The notes below the pieces were generated by a model. It searched no databases. It was given only the letters and a program-made list of their open reading frames with translations, and had not been told where the DNA came from. DNA of 63,048 bases, counting the filler, from Rhabdomonas costata (lineage: Eukaryota), in the NCBI GenBank assembly GCA_019059605.1. It is 31 parts of 31 records of this genome, joined end to end, with 100 filler letters (N's around TTAATTAATTAA, not from the genome) between each part and the next. Parts side by side here need not be neighbours in the genome. Positions count along the whole stretch, not along the records: positions 1 to 1,932 come from JAHMHO010007179.1; positions 2,033 to 3,971 come from JAHMHO010007180.1; positions 4,072 to 6,014 come from JAHMHO010007181.1; positions 6,115 to 8,052 come from JAHMHO010007182.1; positions 8,153 to 10,090 come from JAHMHO010007183.1; positions 10,191 to 12,128 come from JAHMHO010007184.1; 25 more parts are not named here. One strand, written 5' to 3'. The translations under genes were made by a program, and so were the position numbers. Positions within the stretch are counted from its first letter, which is position 1. Every line of letters begins with the position of its first letter. This document shows positions 1 to 11,612 of the stretch, one piece after another.

Positions 1-1932
1 GTGGGGGGGTGGCAGGACATGGGCAGCGGGTTGCGGTTGGAGTGGTGGTGGCGGTAGAGGTGGTGGAGAGGGCGGAGGGGGTGGAGGAGGATGGGCTGCC
101 CCCGAGGGAAGAAGAGCTGGGAAGCATTTTTTACCCAGCGGAGGAAGGGAAGGAGGCGAGGTCTTTGGTGGATACACTTGGGGGATATAGACAGAAGGAA
201 TATAAGGCAGGAGAGAGGAGTCTGATGGAGGTGCGAGACGAGAGAGAAAGAGAGAGGGAAGGAGCAAGGACGATGAAGGACACAAACACAAGGACACAAA
301 CCACCACCGTGAGGGAGGAGAGAACGTCTGCAGAAGCGGAAACGGAAGCGAGCACAGAGAGAGAGCGAGAGCGAGAGAGTGTGAGTTCGACTCGAAAACT
401 GCAACCGGAGCTTGCACTGTCTGTACTGTCTGCATCCCACATATTGGATATCGGATATCAGGAGCAATGGAGGTTGGGGTGGGTGGGGGTGGCAGCAATA
501 ACCGTCATCACTGGAACAAGTTACCAGTGGTAGCAACAGGTCTAAGGGAGGTGTATAAACCTAGTACGCAGTAGGAGTGCCACCGGAATCCGCTTAGGGG
601 TTTAGCGCCTAAGGTTTCAGCCAAGGAGGATTTTGGGGGCCCTTTAGGCCGATTCGAAGGTGGTCCTGTCCTGGGGCTTTGGAGCTCTGGAAGGGGCCAT
701 TTTGTATCTCGCCCCAGGGCTGTGTATTGCGCTTTAGCATTCAGCTACTTTCAATGGGAGCATACTTTAAAGTCATTAAAGGTCTCCCAGGTCACGTCCC
801 CACTCTGGCGGCGTCGCCGCAGGCCTTCGCTCCTGAACTAATGCTGTACTACTCGTCCCACCAGCAGTAGCTTTCAGCTGCTGAGCAAAAACACTCATCT
901 AGAGGGCCCTGGCAAAGTGTACCTAAGCGCCCCAACAAAAACATAAAGTCATTTCGAGAGTGCTGGAACGTTTTAGCTGACCTAATCTAAATCTAGCAAA
1001 AATTTTAAGACAATTTTCTGTCATCACTGGCAATGATTATCAGTGGTAACCGTCCGCCCTTCCCGTTCCATTGAATCGGATGTCCCATCTACTTCCCTTT
1101 AATTATCTGTGCCGGTTGCGGGCGTGCCATGGCGAGTGCGGAAAAACATCGACGAGGAAGCGAACGGGACACGTCGGTTTGAGTCGGGGTGCATGAATAC
1201 GACATGCTAAATCCAGATTATCTCAAGAGACAAAAAAGCTGGTAATAAAATACCAGACCGACTTTCTTCAGCTAGGCACGGCCAACTCCCACCAATTCAT
1301 GGTGACATCCAAAGGATTTACCAGCCTCAAGCTCGCCGTTGAGCGGTACGATGGTAAGCGGCTGTTGCACCGCTGAAAGCCACCGTCACTTCGACAAGCT
1401 GTCGAATTCCATATGAAGCGTCATCCTGAGCATTCCATTCCCACATTACAAGCCGTTTCGGACAGATTGAAAAAAAACGGTCACCACACCCGGAAGCTCT
1501 GTTGAAATCGGTGCTAGAAAGCCCCTATCCCCGTTCCGATTTGTGTTGTTAAGCGTAGCTCAGAAGGAGCTGACGTTTCCGAGTATCTGGTGATCACAGG
1601 AATTCTGATGTATGCGTATGTATGCGCTCGGTATCCACATGGTGATCAGGTCCTGGATAGGGCACTGCAACCGGAGCTGGCACTTGCAGATACCTTCTGC
1701 AGGAATGCACAGGTGGGCCTCAACTCTGAGTCGTACCCCCGCCCCTGCAATCGGAGAGTGGAGCGATCTCCACCTATCAGTTGTGGAGCCTCCCGTGATG
1801 GCCCCATTCCATTCCTTCCCCAATCCAAATCAACGGAATGCGGGATGCTGCTCGCAAAGAAGATGTGATAGAACGGGCCAAGAAGACGTCCCGAATGTCC
1901 CGACTCAAGGCACGGCTCCATCCCCCACCACC

Positions 1933-2032
1933 NNNNNNNNNNNNNNNNNNNNNNNNNNNNNNNNNNNNNNNNNNNNTTAATTAATTAANNNNNNNNNNNN
2001 NNNNNNNNNNNNNNNNNNNNNNNNNNNNNNNN
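1933..2032. other. Artificial contig spacer (first of 30)
   Basis: N44-TTAATTAATTAA-N44 (stops in all six frames). The same spacer starts at 3972, 6015, 8053, 10091, 12129, 14167, 16205, 18245, 20281, 22318, 24355, 26392, 28429, 30466, 32507, 34544, 36581, 38617, 40657, 42693, 44729, 46765, 48802, 50838, 52874, 54910, 56946, 58982 and 61015. Confidence 0.99.
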
Positions 2033-2106
2033 TGTTGTGTTTCTGCTGTTTCTTTCTCTGTTGCGCGCGTACATTAAAATGAAATACAGTGTGCAGCTAT
2101 GCGCAC

Positions 2107-3971
2107 CTGATTCCGAGCGGACGTAAGCCGACTGCGCGACGATGTTGGAATCCAAAAGGTAGCCCTTCCATCTCTTCCCGGCATTCTCTGTACAACATCA
2201 AAATAAAATGGAAGGCTTGCCCAGCTTCCCCGCATTTGAGGTGCGCAGACCCAAACGCCTCGACAAAAACCCGTAAGGAAACCAACCAAAGGCATCATGG
2301 CACATGGCAGCCTACCATTTTCGACGGTGAGCCTTCCACTTCCCACAGACCCACAGATGCACCCACGCACGCAATTCCACACATGCACACACTGGTATTG
2401 TCCATGACAAAAACCGCCAGGGCTGGGTCGCAGCACAGCGAGACTTGCGCCCGGATCACCACTTGAGTGGGCTTATGAGCCACCAGCTCAAACTGAGGAT
2501 GGCGATCGGCCGACTGGTACTGCCCACTAAGCCTCCATTCTCCCTGTGTGGAAAAGCGATCCAAATATAAGCCACTGCGAAGGCCTAGGGCTCAACGCAT
2601 TGTTGGAAAGTGAAATTTCAATCCAATGAACCGTGTGAGGGCAGTTGTTGCGGTGTCCACGCGCGCTGGCTTTTCCGTTGGGCGAGTTCATTCCCACCCA
2701 TTTGTGGACCGTTAAAGCATCGCGAGGATAGAGAGAATCGCAAAAAAAAACGACACAAAGCTTTAGATAGGAACTCCACCCACCTTTACGGTCTTCTTGG
2801 TCCACAGGGGCAGCTCACGGACCATGAACGATGTTCGGCTACACCAGAAGGAGAGGGAGCAGCGGCTGACACTGCCCTCGGGTTGCAGGCAGCACACCAC
2901 GTTGTACCGTCCAGCAGGGAGGGCCATCGTGTGAGAGACTGTGCAGGCGGAGATTCGTAGAATATCATGAACACATTAACAACAAGGTCAACGAGGAAAA
3001 AAGATTACGCGTCTTATGTATTTGCACAAATAACATTTGGTTGTGACGTTAATAAGGGCGAAACACCTCAACGACAAAGTTTACACTTTGAAAAAGTAGA
3101 AGCCTGGGATAAGAAACAAACAAAAAGCCCAGTGGGACTGGCCAGTGTGCAATTCGAAATCTCGCGGGACCTGTGCGAGAGATGACGAATTTGCTCTTGA
3201 AGATCACCTCGGACTCAGGGATGACCCCGACAAAGCGCTGCGATTCTGAAAAATACCGGGACACGAACCAGGCTCAATTTCACAGCTCTCCATCGCCCTT
3301 TCGTTTAATGCACCCACCTACTTGTCCCAAGAGGATGTGACTGGGTTGGCGCACGTGTGCTTTACACTAAGCGAGCAGGCCGGACAGGGCAACACCAAGG
3401 AACAGAAGGGAAGGGATGGGTCCTGCGAGCATGTGTTGTCAGTCTGCTGCGGAACAAGCCGGTCCCTTGACACTTGAGTCCAACTGAGAGTGGGTCAGCA
3501 AAAGATGGAGCCAGAGTGTGAGGTTTGATAAGACCTACAGATGATCGCTCCCAACTCGGCTCGTCGGCCAGAGTTGCTGGAGAGGTGAGGCATTTTCTCA
3601 TCCTTTTATGGGTTGGTTGTTCTTTTGTCTCATTCAAGCGTGCACGCGAGGCGAGAAAAAAGAACAAAAAGGAACATCATCAGTGAAACAACCTGCACAT
3701 GACAGCCATGTAACAAAGCGTCACGTGCGGCCGGTTTCTGTCCCGGGTCCACACACTGCTGATAGGCCACACACACACACACACACACACACCGGTTGCG
3801 GAAGGGGCGGAGCAAATGAAGAAAATGATGGAGTACTCCTGGCCGGGGTCGACCGACATTGTCACACTGCACTTGCACAGTTCGCCCGCCAGTGCCGCGG
3901 CAGGTTCGGGGATGATGAGCTCGAACTGGGGGTTGTCGTCACCCGCCTGGTACTCCCCGCTGCCCTCTTTC
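2107..3971 (-). CDS. Calpain-like protein fragment with two tandem domain-III (C2-like) repeats, 5 exons
   Basis: Exons 3971-3793, 3245-3171, 2938-2784, 2543-2393 and 2187-2107 join in frame through GT-AG introns: KEGSGEYQAGDDNPQFELII..ESQRFVGVIPESEVIFKSKFVISRT-VSHTMALPAGRYNVVCCLQPEG..TVK-GEWRLSGQYQSADRHPQFELV..-KNAGKRWKGYLLDSNIVAQSAYVRSES. GxW, NPQF and LPxGRY are calpain domain III motifs. Confidence 0.75.
3768..3792. repeat. (CA)n microsatellite forming the intron donor
   Basis: The CA run reads GTGTGT.. on the minus strand, starting at the GT donor after exon 3971-3793. Confidence 0.9.
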
Positions 3972-4149
3972 NNNNNNNNNNNNNNNNNNNNNNNNNNNNN
4001 NNNNNNNNNNNNNNNTTAATTAATTAANNNNNNNNNNNNNNNNNNNNNNNNNNNNNNNNNNNNNNNNNNNNAGATAGCAGCTATGCTCTTCTCAAAATTA
4101 ATGATCGAAGCCACCATCAAGCCAAACTCCAACAGAAAACGGCGGTTGC

Positions 4150-4617
4150 CTTCGGAGGAGCCGCGCTGCTGCTGCTGCTGCTTCGCACGTGCACGCAGGC
4201 GGCGGTCCAGCTCGCGAATTTCTTTGAAGTACGGGTGTCTCAAAGCTAAAATCAAGAGAATCGGATCGAAAAAGCACCCCAACCTGCCCAAAAGTTCACA
4301 ACAAAACCCCGCGTTGTTGTGTGCACGGAGCTTGCAAGTCAAATGTGGTGCTGAAAGAAACCGAACAAACCAGTTCTCCTCGTTTCCCTCATTCAAAACA
4401 GAAGGCCTCCGCAAGGCAGCCTGTCCTTCATCCAGCCTCTTGACGATTGACGGCAGACAAAAGAAATGACACGATAACCCAAGACAGGATAAACAAGTAT
4501 GAGGTGCATTAACGGCTGACTCAATTCCACTCAATTCTCGACAAACATGCGACACTCAAGCTAGCAACAATCGTGCCAGTGCCAGCCTTAAACTGGCCTT
4601 GAAAGTCGATTCCAAAG

Positions 4618-4661
<44 letters not shown>

Positions 4662-5804
4662 CTTGCTTCGCAGACAGCCGCTCCTCTGGGTTGTAGGCCA
4701 ACATCTTCAGCATCAGGTCCAGGGCCTCTGGTGAGGCGTGTGGGATTACCTTCACAAGCCCTGTTCCCGCCTTCGGCGGAAAATCAAATTCGATGTGCGA
4801 GGAATGCCTGAACACAGAGTTGTAAAGTTGTAGAAACCCAAAATGAAAACAACAATACGCAATACGCAGCACTGAAGGCAGAAAAAAGGAACTACTTCTT
4901 CATTTTGGCAAGAAGCTCCGCACTGGGAGTTCCCAGTATGTTGTGAATTCTGTGAATCTGATCGAGCTCATTGGTGCCTGAAAAAAGCACACCGTGACAA
5001 CCAGCTGAAAAACGCACCCAGACAAACATAAATTTACGCCGACAGGGACATCACCAGGAAAGAGGGGATATAAGCTGACAATTTCGAAGAAGACGCAACC
5101 TGTGATAGGAAAACATGACAACAATGAGAACATGACAAAAATGCCAATGACGAAATAGTGAAATAGTGGTGTTTCTCTGAAAACATGGCACACAACATAT
5201 TACAAACCAACTCCCCAAATGTCCATTTTGTAGTTGTAGTAGCCGTCGGTCAGCAGACATTCAGGAGCCCTGTACCTGAAGTTCAATGAGACGTTGCAGA
5301 AAGAGCACACGAGGTCGAGAGTCCGTTTTGCAGTTTTTCTTTAGCACGTCACGTCTGCGGTTGGAACTTGATATAATTGCCAGAACAACGAAATTAGTCT
5401 AATAAACCGCAAGCACAAACAACACTGGAAAGCACCATCGAGTGGAAATGTACTCAGTGAAGGGCTGTTTGGAGTATATCCCACGACAGCTGCCAAAGTC
5501 AGCAAGCTTCAGAGTATCGCCGCAAATGAGCACGTTCTCGGGCTTGATGTCACGGTGAAAAATTCCTGAAGAATGCCAGCAAGCCCGAGGTGAAGAGTTG
5601 ATGTTCGGTAATTGGAACTCCTGTCCTCCCAGTAAGCTTTCAAACGTGCCATTGCGGTGCATGTGGTCCATAGCTTTCACCAGCTGGTACATGTAGTGCA
5701 TCACCTTGTCTTCAGGAACATACTGCCTTCGACCCCTGATCATCTCGTAAATGTTCATGTCCATCAGCTCGAAGACAAGCGCGAGGCGACCAGTTGATCG
5801 GTCA
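4150..5804 (-). CDS. MOK: MOK/RAGE-family (LF4-like) CMGC protein kinase, partial, 7 exons
   Basis: Exons 5804-5650, 5565-5436, 5275-5208, 5099-5055, 4977-4896, 4807-4662 and 4245-~4150 splice to DRSTGRLALVFELMDMNIYE..HRNGIFHRDIKPEN..LADFGSCRGIYSKQPFTEYISTRWYRAPECLLTDGYYNYKMDIWGVGCVFFEIVSLYPLFPGTNELDQIHRIHNILGTP..ALRHPYF. The TEY loop and the surrounding sequence are typical of MOK. The 3' boundary is approximate. Confidence 0.92.
4619..4658. repeat. (CA)n microsatellite just inside a MOK intron donor
   Basis: About 20 CA units; the donor G|GTTTGTGTG is at 4661. Confidence 0.95.
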
Positions 5805-6121
5805 CTGAAGGTTCGAATCAAACATTTGTGCAGTGTAGAGTCGGACTCACAAGTCCATCAAACCGGCCTGTCGCCTTTAAAAACAAGGTGCAGCGATAGC
5901 CACTTTGGTTAGTCACGAATGATTTGAGTGGCTTAACATGCCTAAGTGATTTCATTCTGATTTCATGTGTACCGTGCTTTTTGAAGCAAAAGCACAGCAC
6001 CACCACCCCCCCACNNNNNNNNNNNNNNNNNNNNNNNNNNNNNNNNNNNNNNNNNNNNTTAATTAATTAANNNNNNNNNNNNNNNNNNNNNNNNNNNNNN
6101 NNNNNNNNNNNNNNTGTGTGG

Positions 6122-7106
6122 TTTGGCCATTGTCAAAGTGCCCACGGAGCTATGTTTGTTGGCAAAGCTCTCGTCGTCGAAAAACCGCCCGTAGATGGAC
6201 TCCCCTCCGCCCCCGGTGTTGCGGTGGAAGTCTCCACCTTGGATGAAGCTGTTGGGCACCACCCGGAAAATCCGACTGCCCTTGTACCTTTGGTGGCGAC
6301 GGGAAGTGGGCAAGCAAGGAACAAGGAACAAGGAACAAAGGCAGTACCCCTTTAGTAACAAGCAGTATACTTCGGTAAACCGCACTCTGGGGTACTTTTA
6401 TGTGTGTGTGGGAAAGCTAATGTTTCATCAACCCTAATTCCCCAAGCACAACTTCATCCAAGAGGAAGGGTGACAATGACTTATCCTTGCTGCCTTATGC
6501 TTTAATAGCAGCACTCGGGGGGATCCCGTACGACGTGCGCGGATAACAGCATGGCCAAACAGTTCCCATTTTTTTCGTTACCACTTCACTGGTTCGACAA
6601 TTAACGGTGTCAAACGAGAACGGAAACGTGTGTATTAGGTCCCAGCCTCAGTCTTAAATTGAGAGACTAAACCTTCACACAGGGTCAGTACCTTGGTCAA
6701 TGAAAAAATAATTCACTCCAGCTCGAATGGCATAGCCTAAAGGGTGCGATGTTGCCCCCTCCGGATGCACCTTGTCCAGGCGTTGTCCCGTTGAAATGCG
6801 CTGGCAACGATGGTACGCAACCTTTCTCCTCAAGCAGGTATACACAGGTCCTGTGATGCATTGCAGCTGTTTCAGGTTACAAATTCCGAAGACTTGCGAA
6901 AATTCTCCCATCTCGTTGAACAAAAGCTCTCTCATAACAAACCATAGCCGCTGCGAGGGGCCAGAGGCACTGAGTTGCTCCCCAGTACACAATTTGCGAA
7001 AGTTTTCCACAGTCCGAGGGACGGTGTCGGCAAAAAGCTCGAAAGTCAGCGTGCCCAAAAGCCGACCGTCTTGAGAGAATGTCAGAAAGGCCCTCGGGTT
7101 CCGCAT
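6122..7106 (-). CDS. Cyclophilin-type peptidyl-prolyl isomerase, 5' part (2 exons)
   Basis: Exon 7106-6943 MRNPRAFLTFSQDGRLLGTLTFELFADTVPRTVENFRKLCTGE..RLW joins exon 6287-~6122 YKGSRIFRVVPNSFIQGGDFHRNTGGGGESIYGRFFDDESFANKHSSVGTLTMA through a phase-2 GT-AG intron. A pyrimidine tract and AG lie just upstream of the ATG. Confidence 0.93.
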
Positions 7107-8246
7107 TTTTGGCGGTTGGTCTCAGAAAGAATGCAAACAAAGTGAGTGAAGGCACTGCCTAAAAAGTCCTGCGGAAAGTGGACAATGCAGTTCACAATCA
7201 ACCGAAAAACAACAGAAGCGAAGCATTTCTCTAAATTCTCGAAAACAATCAGTTGTATAAAGAATCAGAAGAAACGGCGCTTGGTCTTTCCCTCTCTTTT
7301 GTTAGACCCGTGGGGCGTATCGAAAAAAAGAAAGGGCCTAGCTGGGCTGCAAAAACCTTGTTACCTGAGCGTCGAAGGCGGACCTTATTCCTTCCTTCTG
7401 CACACAAAACGTCCACCACTCCCACTTACAGTAACTCAATTTTGCACACAAAAGCAAACGATTTGCTAGCAATCAAAGTCGCGAGGAGATCAAAGTCTGG
7501 AAAAATCGGACAGCCTTAACCCACATTTCATTGCGAAATCGCTGTCTGTTTAATCATTCATGAGTTACAGCCTTCAATTATTCACCGAAAGATTTCGGCA
7601 ATTCATACTCCGGCGTTGTCGGATGCAGGTACAAAATAATGACCCACCAACGACGTTCTTTCCCATGATAGGGTGAATCTCAAAGGCTGTAAATATTGCT
7701 TAAGGATGAGCAGTCGCCAGAATCAGTTACCCACCTAATTGGGATAACCAATGTATAAATTGTAAGGCGAGATGAAGGAAGAGAGGAAATGCAAACCATC
7801 TCAAGGTTTGACAACGTACAAATCATCTTCATTCAACAACACGCACAATTCATAAATTCATAAGACAACATGCCAACCGCTCAGAGGTCTAACACCCACA
7901 CACACACAAACAAGACCAACGCAAACGGGAACGGAGAAAAGGGACCCCCCCCATTTTGTTCAGAGTCGCGACGGAGGCAGAGGATGGCCCATCCAGTTAA
8001 GCCTGAACACAGGAAGGAAACGGGTGAAGGGGGGAAAAGGACCCCAAACACCNNNNNNNNNNNNNNNNNNNNNNNNNNNNNNNNNNNNNNNNNNNNTTAA
8101 TTAATTAANNNNNNNNNNNNNNNNNNNNNNNNNNNNNNNNNNNNNNNNNNNNGGGGTTGGGGTTAACCAGGACCGCGGCGGTTAACCAGGACCGCGGCGG
8201 CCCCCATTTGCGCAGTGGCCGCCATGCCTCGGGTCAGAAGACTCAC

Positions 8247-8447
8247 CTGCCCAAGAAGGTGCAGGTGACCATATCCAGGACTCGCCCGGACACATATTCC
8301 ACTGATCGTGAGGCTGACAAAGTGGTAGTTTGCCACACCACCACCATGAAGACAACAGCGACCAGAAGAGCTGGAACGGTGAGGCTGATGAAGAGGGGAA
8401 TTCCCCACTCACTGCATCTGCAAATTCTATCGCCCAGGGCCGGACGG
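8247..8447 (-). CDS. Exon encoding a transmembrane helix, possibly the N-terminal TM of a membrane sensor/cyclase
   Basis: GIPLFISLTVPALLVAVVFMVVVWQTTTLSASRSVEYVSGRVLDMV is one hydrophobic span followed by an amphipathic helix, reminiscent of TM1 preceding Cache domains. Boundaries are approximate. Confidence 0.35.
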
Positions 8448-10502
8448 TAGAGTGGACAGGAAGTCACCGGCCTCAGAGCAGTGGAGGCTGCCGACTGCGG
8501 ATACGTGCCTTGAAATCATAGGAGTGAACAATAGCAAGATAAACGATGAAACGAAACAGATCAAGGAAGCTGCTAGCAAAACAACGGGAGAAGGTCTTTT
8601 CAGAGATAACATTGCAAATAGAGGCATAGAACATGCAACGACGAAATGACTTAGCGGAAGAGGAGGAGGAGTGTGCGAGTAGATGGGAGAAGTAGGCAAG
8701 ACAGATACTGAGTGTACGTGGTTGACCAAATGCACCTCAGCCTTGCCCTGCCTATTGTTGCCCCCCCCCCAGAAGATACAAAAAACCTCCATACCTCCAG
8801 CAGCAAGCGCGCAAGCATGAGCGAACGCGGAAGTGCTAAGGGGCAGGCACGCACGGACGCACGCAGGCAGGCAAATCCGAAGCATCAAAGGAAGGTGCAA
8901 AACACAGCCTCCATCAGTGACCAGCCAGGTGTTGCTTTAGCCACGAAGATCACCCTCGCTCATCCATCCGAACTCGGTCAAAAGCCACCACGTTTCCGTG
9001 AAGGCCACTCGGGCTTCGTGCCATTCAGGAAGATGTTTATAGATGTTTCTGTTTGTGGCTCGATTCACTGCACTACTTCCCAAAGAGGAAGCGAGGAAGC
9101 GTCAACTGCACCCCCAGTGCAGCGTTTGCACACGCAGGTCAACCGTCAACACTGAAAAAATGTTTCAGGTGAAAGGAAAAACCGTGAAAAAACCCAACAA
9201 AGAACCATGCCCACGGCAAAATGTCAAAATGTTCCTGCGTATGTGTCTTCTGGTGGTGCATGGTATCATGTCAACTTAGTCATACCCCAGACACTAGTCC
9301 TCTGCATGCTGGACACTGGTTGTCGCCTGACTGACTGTTGGTGACTGCTGTCGACTGACGGGCGCACGCGTTTTGCACCCCTGTATGTGCGCAGGGAGGG
9401 ATAGTCATAATGTGTATTCCACTAGTTCCAGAGGCTCGTTGTCTGGGGGTGCACACGCCACCACCACACACCGCATAGCTTATGCAGCGTGGGAAAACTA
9501 GGGGAGCGGAGAAGGGGGGCACGGCTACGGAATACAGAAAGAGATGTTGGAAATACAGCACAAGAACGCATAAGCACCAGCACGCAGGATTGGGCAGGAT
9601 CCCGTTCAGACAGCAGGGAGGCAGACGCAGACGGGGCCACCTCTTCTTCTACCTCCTCCTTCTTTTGCCTCTCTTCGGTTTTCATTTTCAAAATTTCAAT
9701 TCTGGACCTTCTCGCCCAAGCCTGGAGACACAGCCAAAAGATCAATGCCGCAACCCGTTGAAAGGTAAAGAAAAATCGCATCGAAAAACAAACCATCAAT
9801 GGAATGCGAGCAACAACAAAAAAAGCACAAAGGCAACGCTATCCCGATGGCATCCCTCATTACCCTCACTGACTTTTCCCCGCAGCCAATGCACGTAATT
9901 GCTGACCATGAAAAAATGAATGCAAACATATACCCCAGAAAAACCAAGCGAAATCTACAACGTCTGGTTCACTTGGTTTAAATTCACACAACCACCCGAA
10001 GGCTTGGCTGCCTCCAAAAGCCTCTGCAGCATCTGGAACATCGCAGCAGTGTCGATCGGCTTGCCCACCACCCCCAACCACACCCAACACNNNNNNNNNN
10101 NNNNNNNNNNNNNNNNNNNNNNNNNNNNNNNNNNTTAATTAATTAANNNNNNNNNNNNNNNNNNNNNNNNNNNNNNNNNNNNNNNNNNNNGTGGTGGGTG
10201 TGTTTGGTGGGTTTTGGGATGCAGATGCGGTTATGGCGTGGGTGGTCGCAATGGCGCCTTCACCAGTGCGGTGATCCGACCGCCCTAATTTTCAGCAGTG
10301 TTCTGTTTGGGTCTGTTCGTTCTCTATTGCCGAGACGAAGTCAAGTTCCAAGTAGCCAATTACCCAGGCTAACCACATCAGGAGGCTCCTGAGGGCGGAT
10401 AGGTGCTGGCAAGGTGCGCGATGTTCCGCAACAAGAACAGTGTGCTCACCATTCCCCCACTGCCGCTCCAGTCCATTGTGTGGGGCTTGGGAATGGGAAC
10501 AG

Positions 10503-10743
10503 AATCTCAGACCACCGCCCCGTGATGGCCATGTTCTCGTTCCTCACCCATGAACTCCCCGAGGGGGGTGCCTCTCCAACGGCTGCCCCTGCGGCCTCAG
10601 GACCACCGTCACGGAAGGCGTCAATGGCCCTCCCAGTGCCAGCCCCCTCCTCCGGGGACCCCCAGCCTCCATGTGCCGCTGGGGCAATGCCCCCAAGCCC
10701 ACGCCAGGGCCCCCAGACTAGCAAGACCTGCACGATCTCATAA
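10503..10743 (+). CDS. Terminal exon of an inositol polyphosphate 5-phosphatase with C-terminal CaaX (INPP5E-like)
   Basis: AG acceptor at 10501-10502, then ISDHRPVMAMF (the SDHxPV 5-phosphatase/EEP motif), a Pro/Ser-rich tail and ..QTSKTCTIS-stop. Confidence 0.7.
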
Positions 10744-11498
10744 GGCCTGGTTCGACTTTCGATTGAATGTCTCTTTTGCTGGATCACTGCTCCGCAGGTG
10801 TGGTCGGCGCGGTGATGCGTGGCTGAATCTCAGCCGTGCCCGGTAGTGTAGTTCCTGCACTTCTTTGTATTGTTGTGTGTACATTGTCCATAAGAAACCT
10901 GTGTCCGAGAAGACGGCTGTACTGTTTACTTTATTTGCATTTTTCATTTTCATGGGCACCAGGGATAACTGAGAGGCACCAGTTCCAAGTTGTCTTTGCG
11001 TAGTATGTTAACAGCTTGGACTGGGCTGCATCCGTGCCCTTCAATAAAGTTTCGAAGAAGGGAATTGGAACATCTGAATCTCTTTCGTGTGGTTCTGAAC
11101 GCGTGAGCGTTGCTTGGTGTGGAGTAATGGGTATGGATACGTCCTGGGCTGCCTACCGATTTCTAAAACTGATCAAAGATGTTCGTGGGAAGTAACATCT
11201 TCGACAGGGAGTGCATGCAATTCTTTTTCTCAATCAATGAATCCATTGAAACGAGGCTGCACTGTATCCACATGGTTTGCCAGGCAAATTATCTGCCCAC
11301 GTGTGCCAGCTCACACACGTCCTGTTGGCACAGCTTTTCTTGTTGGCGGTTTCTTCTCTCGCCAAGTCTTTGTCTCGCGGTTATTTTTTCATTTTACCGT
11401 TTGGCTTGAGTGTGCACTTGTGCAGTTTCCCCTGTTACCTCTTTCAAGGGGTGCGGGGGGTGTGACTACGGGGTGGCAGCTTTTGCGTTTTGGGAAGA

Positions 11499-11612
11499 AT
11501 GTCAGGAAGGCGCAAAGATTACTTCCAGATCCTGGGTGTCAGCCGTGACGCCTCGGCAGACGACATCAAGAAGGCTTACCGGAGGCTCGCCATCAAGTAC
11601 CATCCAGACAAG
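11499..11612 (+). CDS. DnaJ/Hsp40 J-domain protein, first exon
   Basis: [38 protein letters not shown]. Similarity stops exactly at AAG|GC, an inferred GC donor. Confidence 0.9.

Noticed and set aside
9..533. 174-aa Glu/Arg-rich ORF
   Set aside because: Purine-rich low-complexity sequence with GA repeats, a non-ATG start and no recognisable domain.
1977..1988. Regularly spaced TTAATTAATTAA (about every 2.04 kb) as a biological periodic repeat
   Set aside because: It is the artificial six-frame-stop linker inside N padding. The periodicity reflects size-sorted contigs. ORFs ending in X..LIN are artefacts.
8161..8200. 20-bp tandem duplication GGTTAACCAGGACCGCGGCG
   Set aside because: It lies immediately after the primer-like contig start; likely a priming or assembly artefact.
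4072..11612. Apparent clustering of MOK, cyclophilin, INPP5E-like and DnaJ as a functional gene cluster
   Set aside because: They sit on separate contigs joined artificially. Only the 5-phosphatase and DnaJ are truly adjacent.
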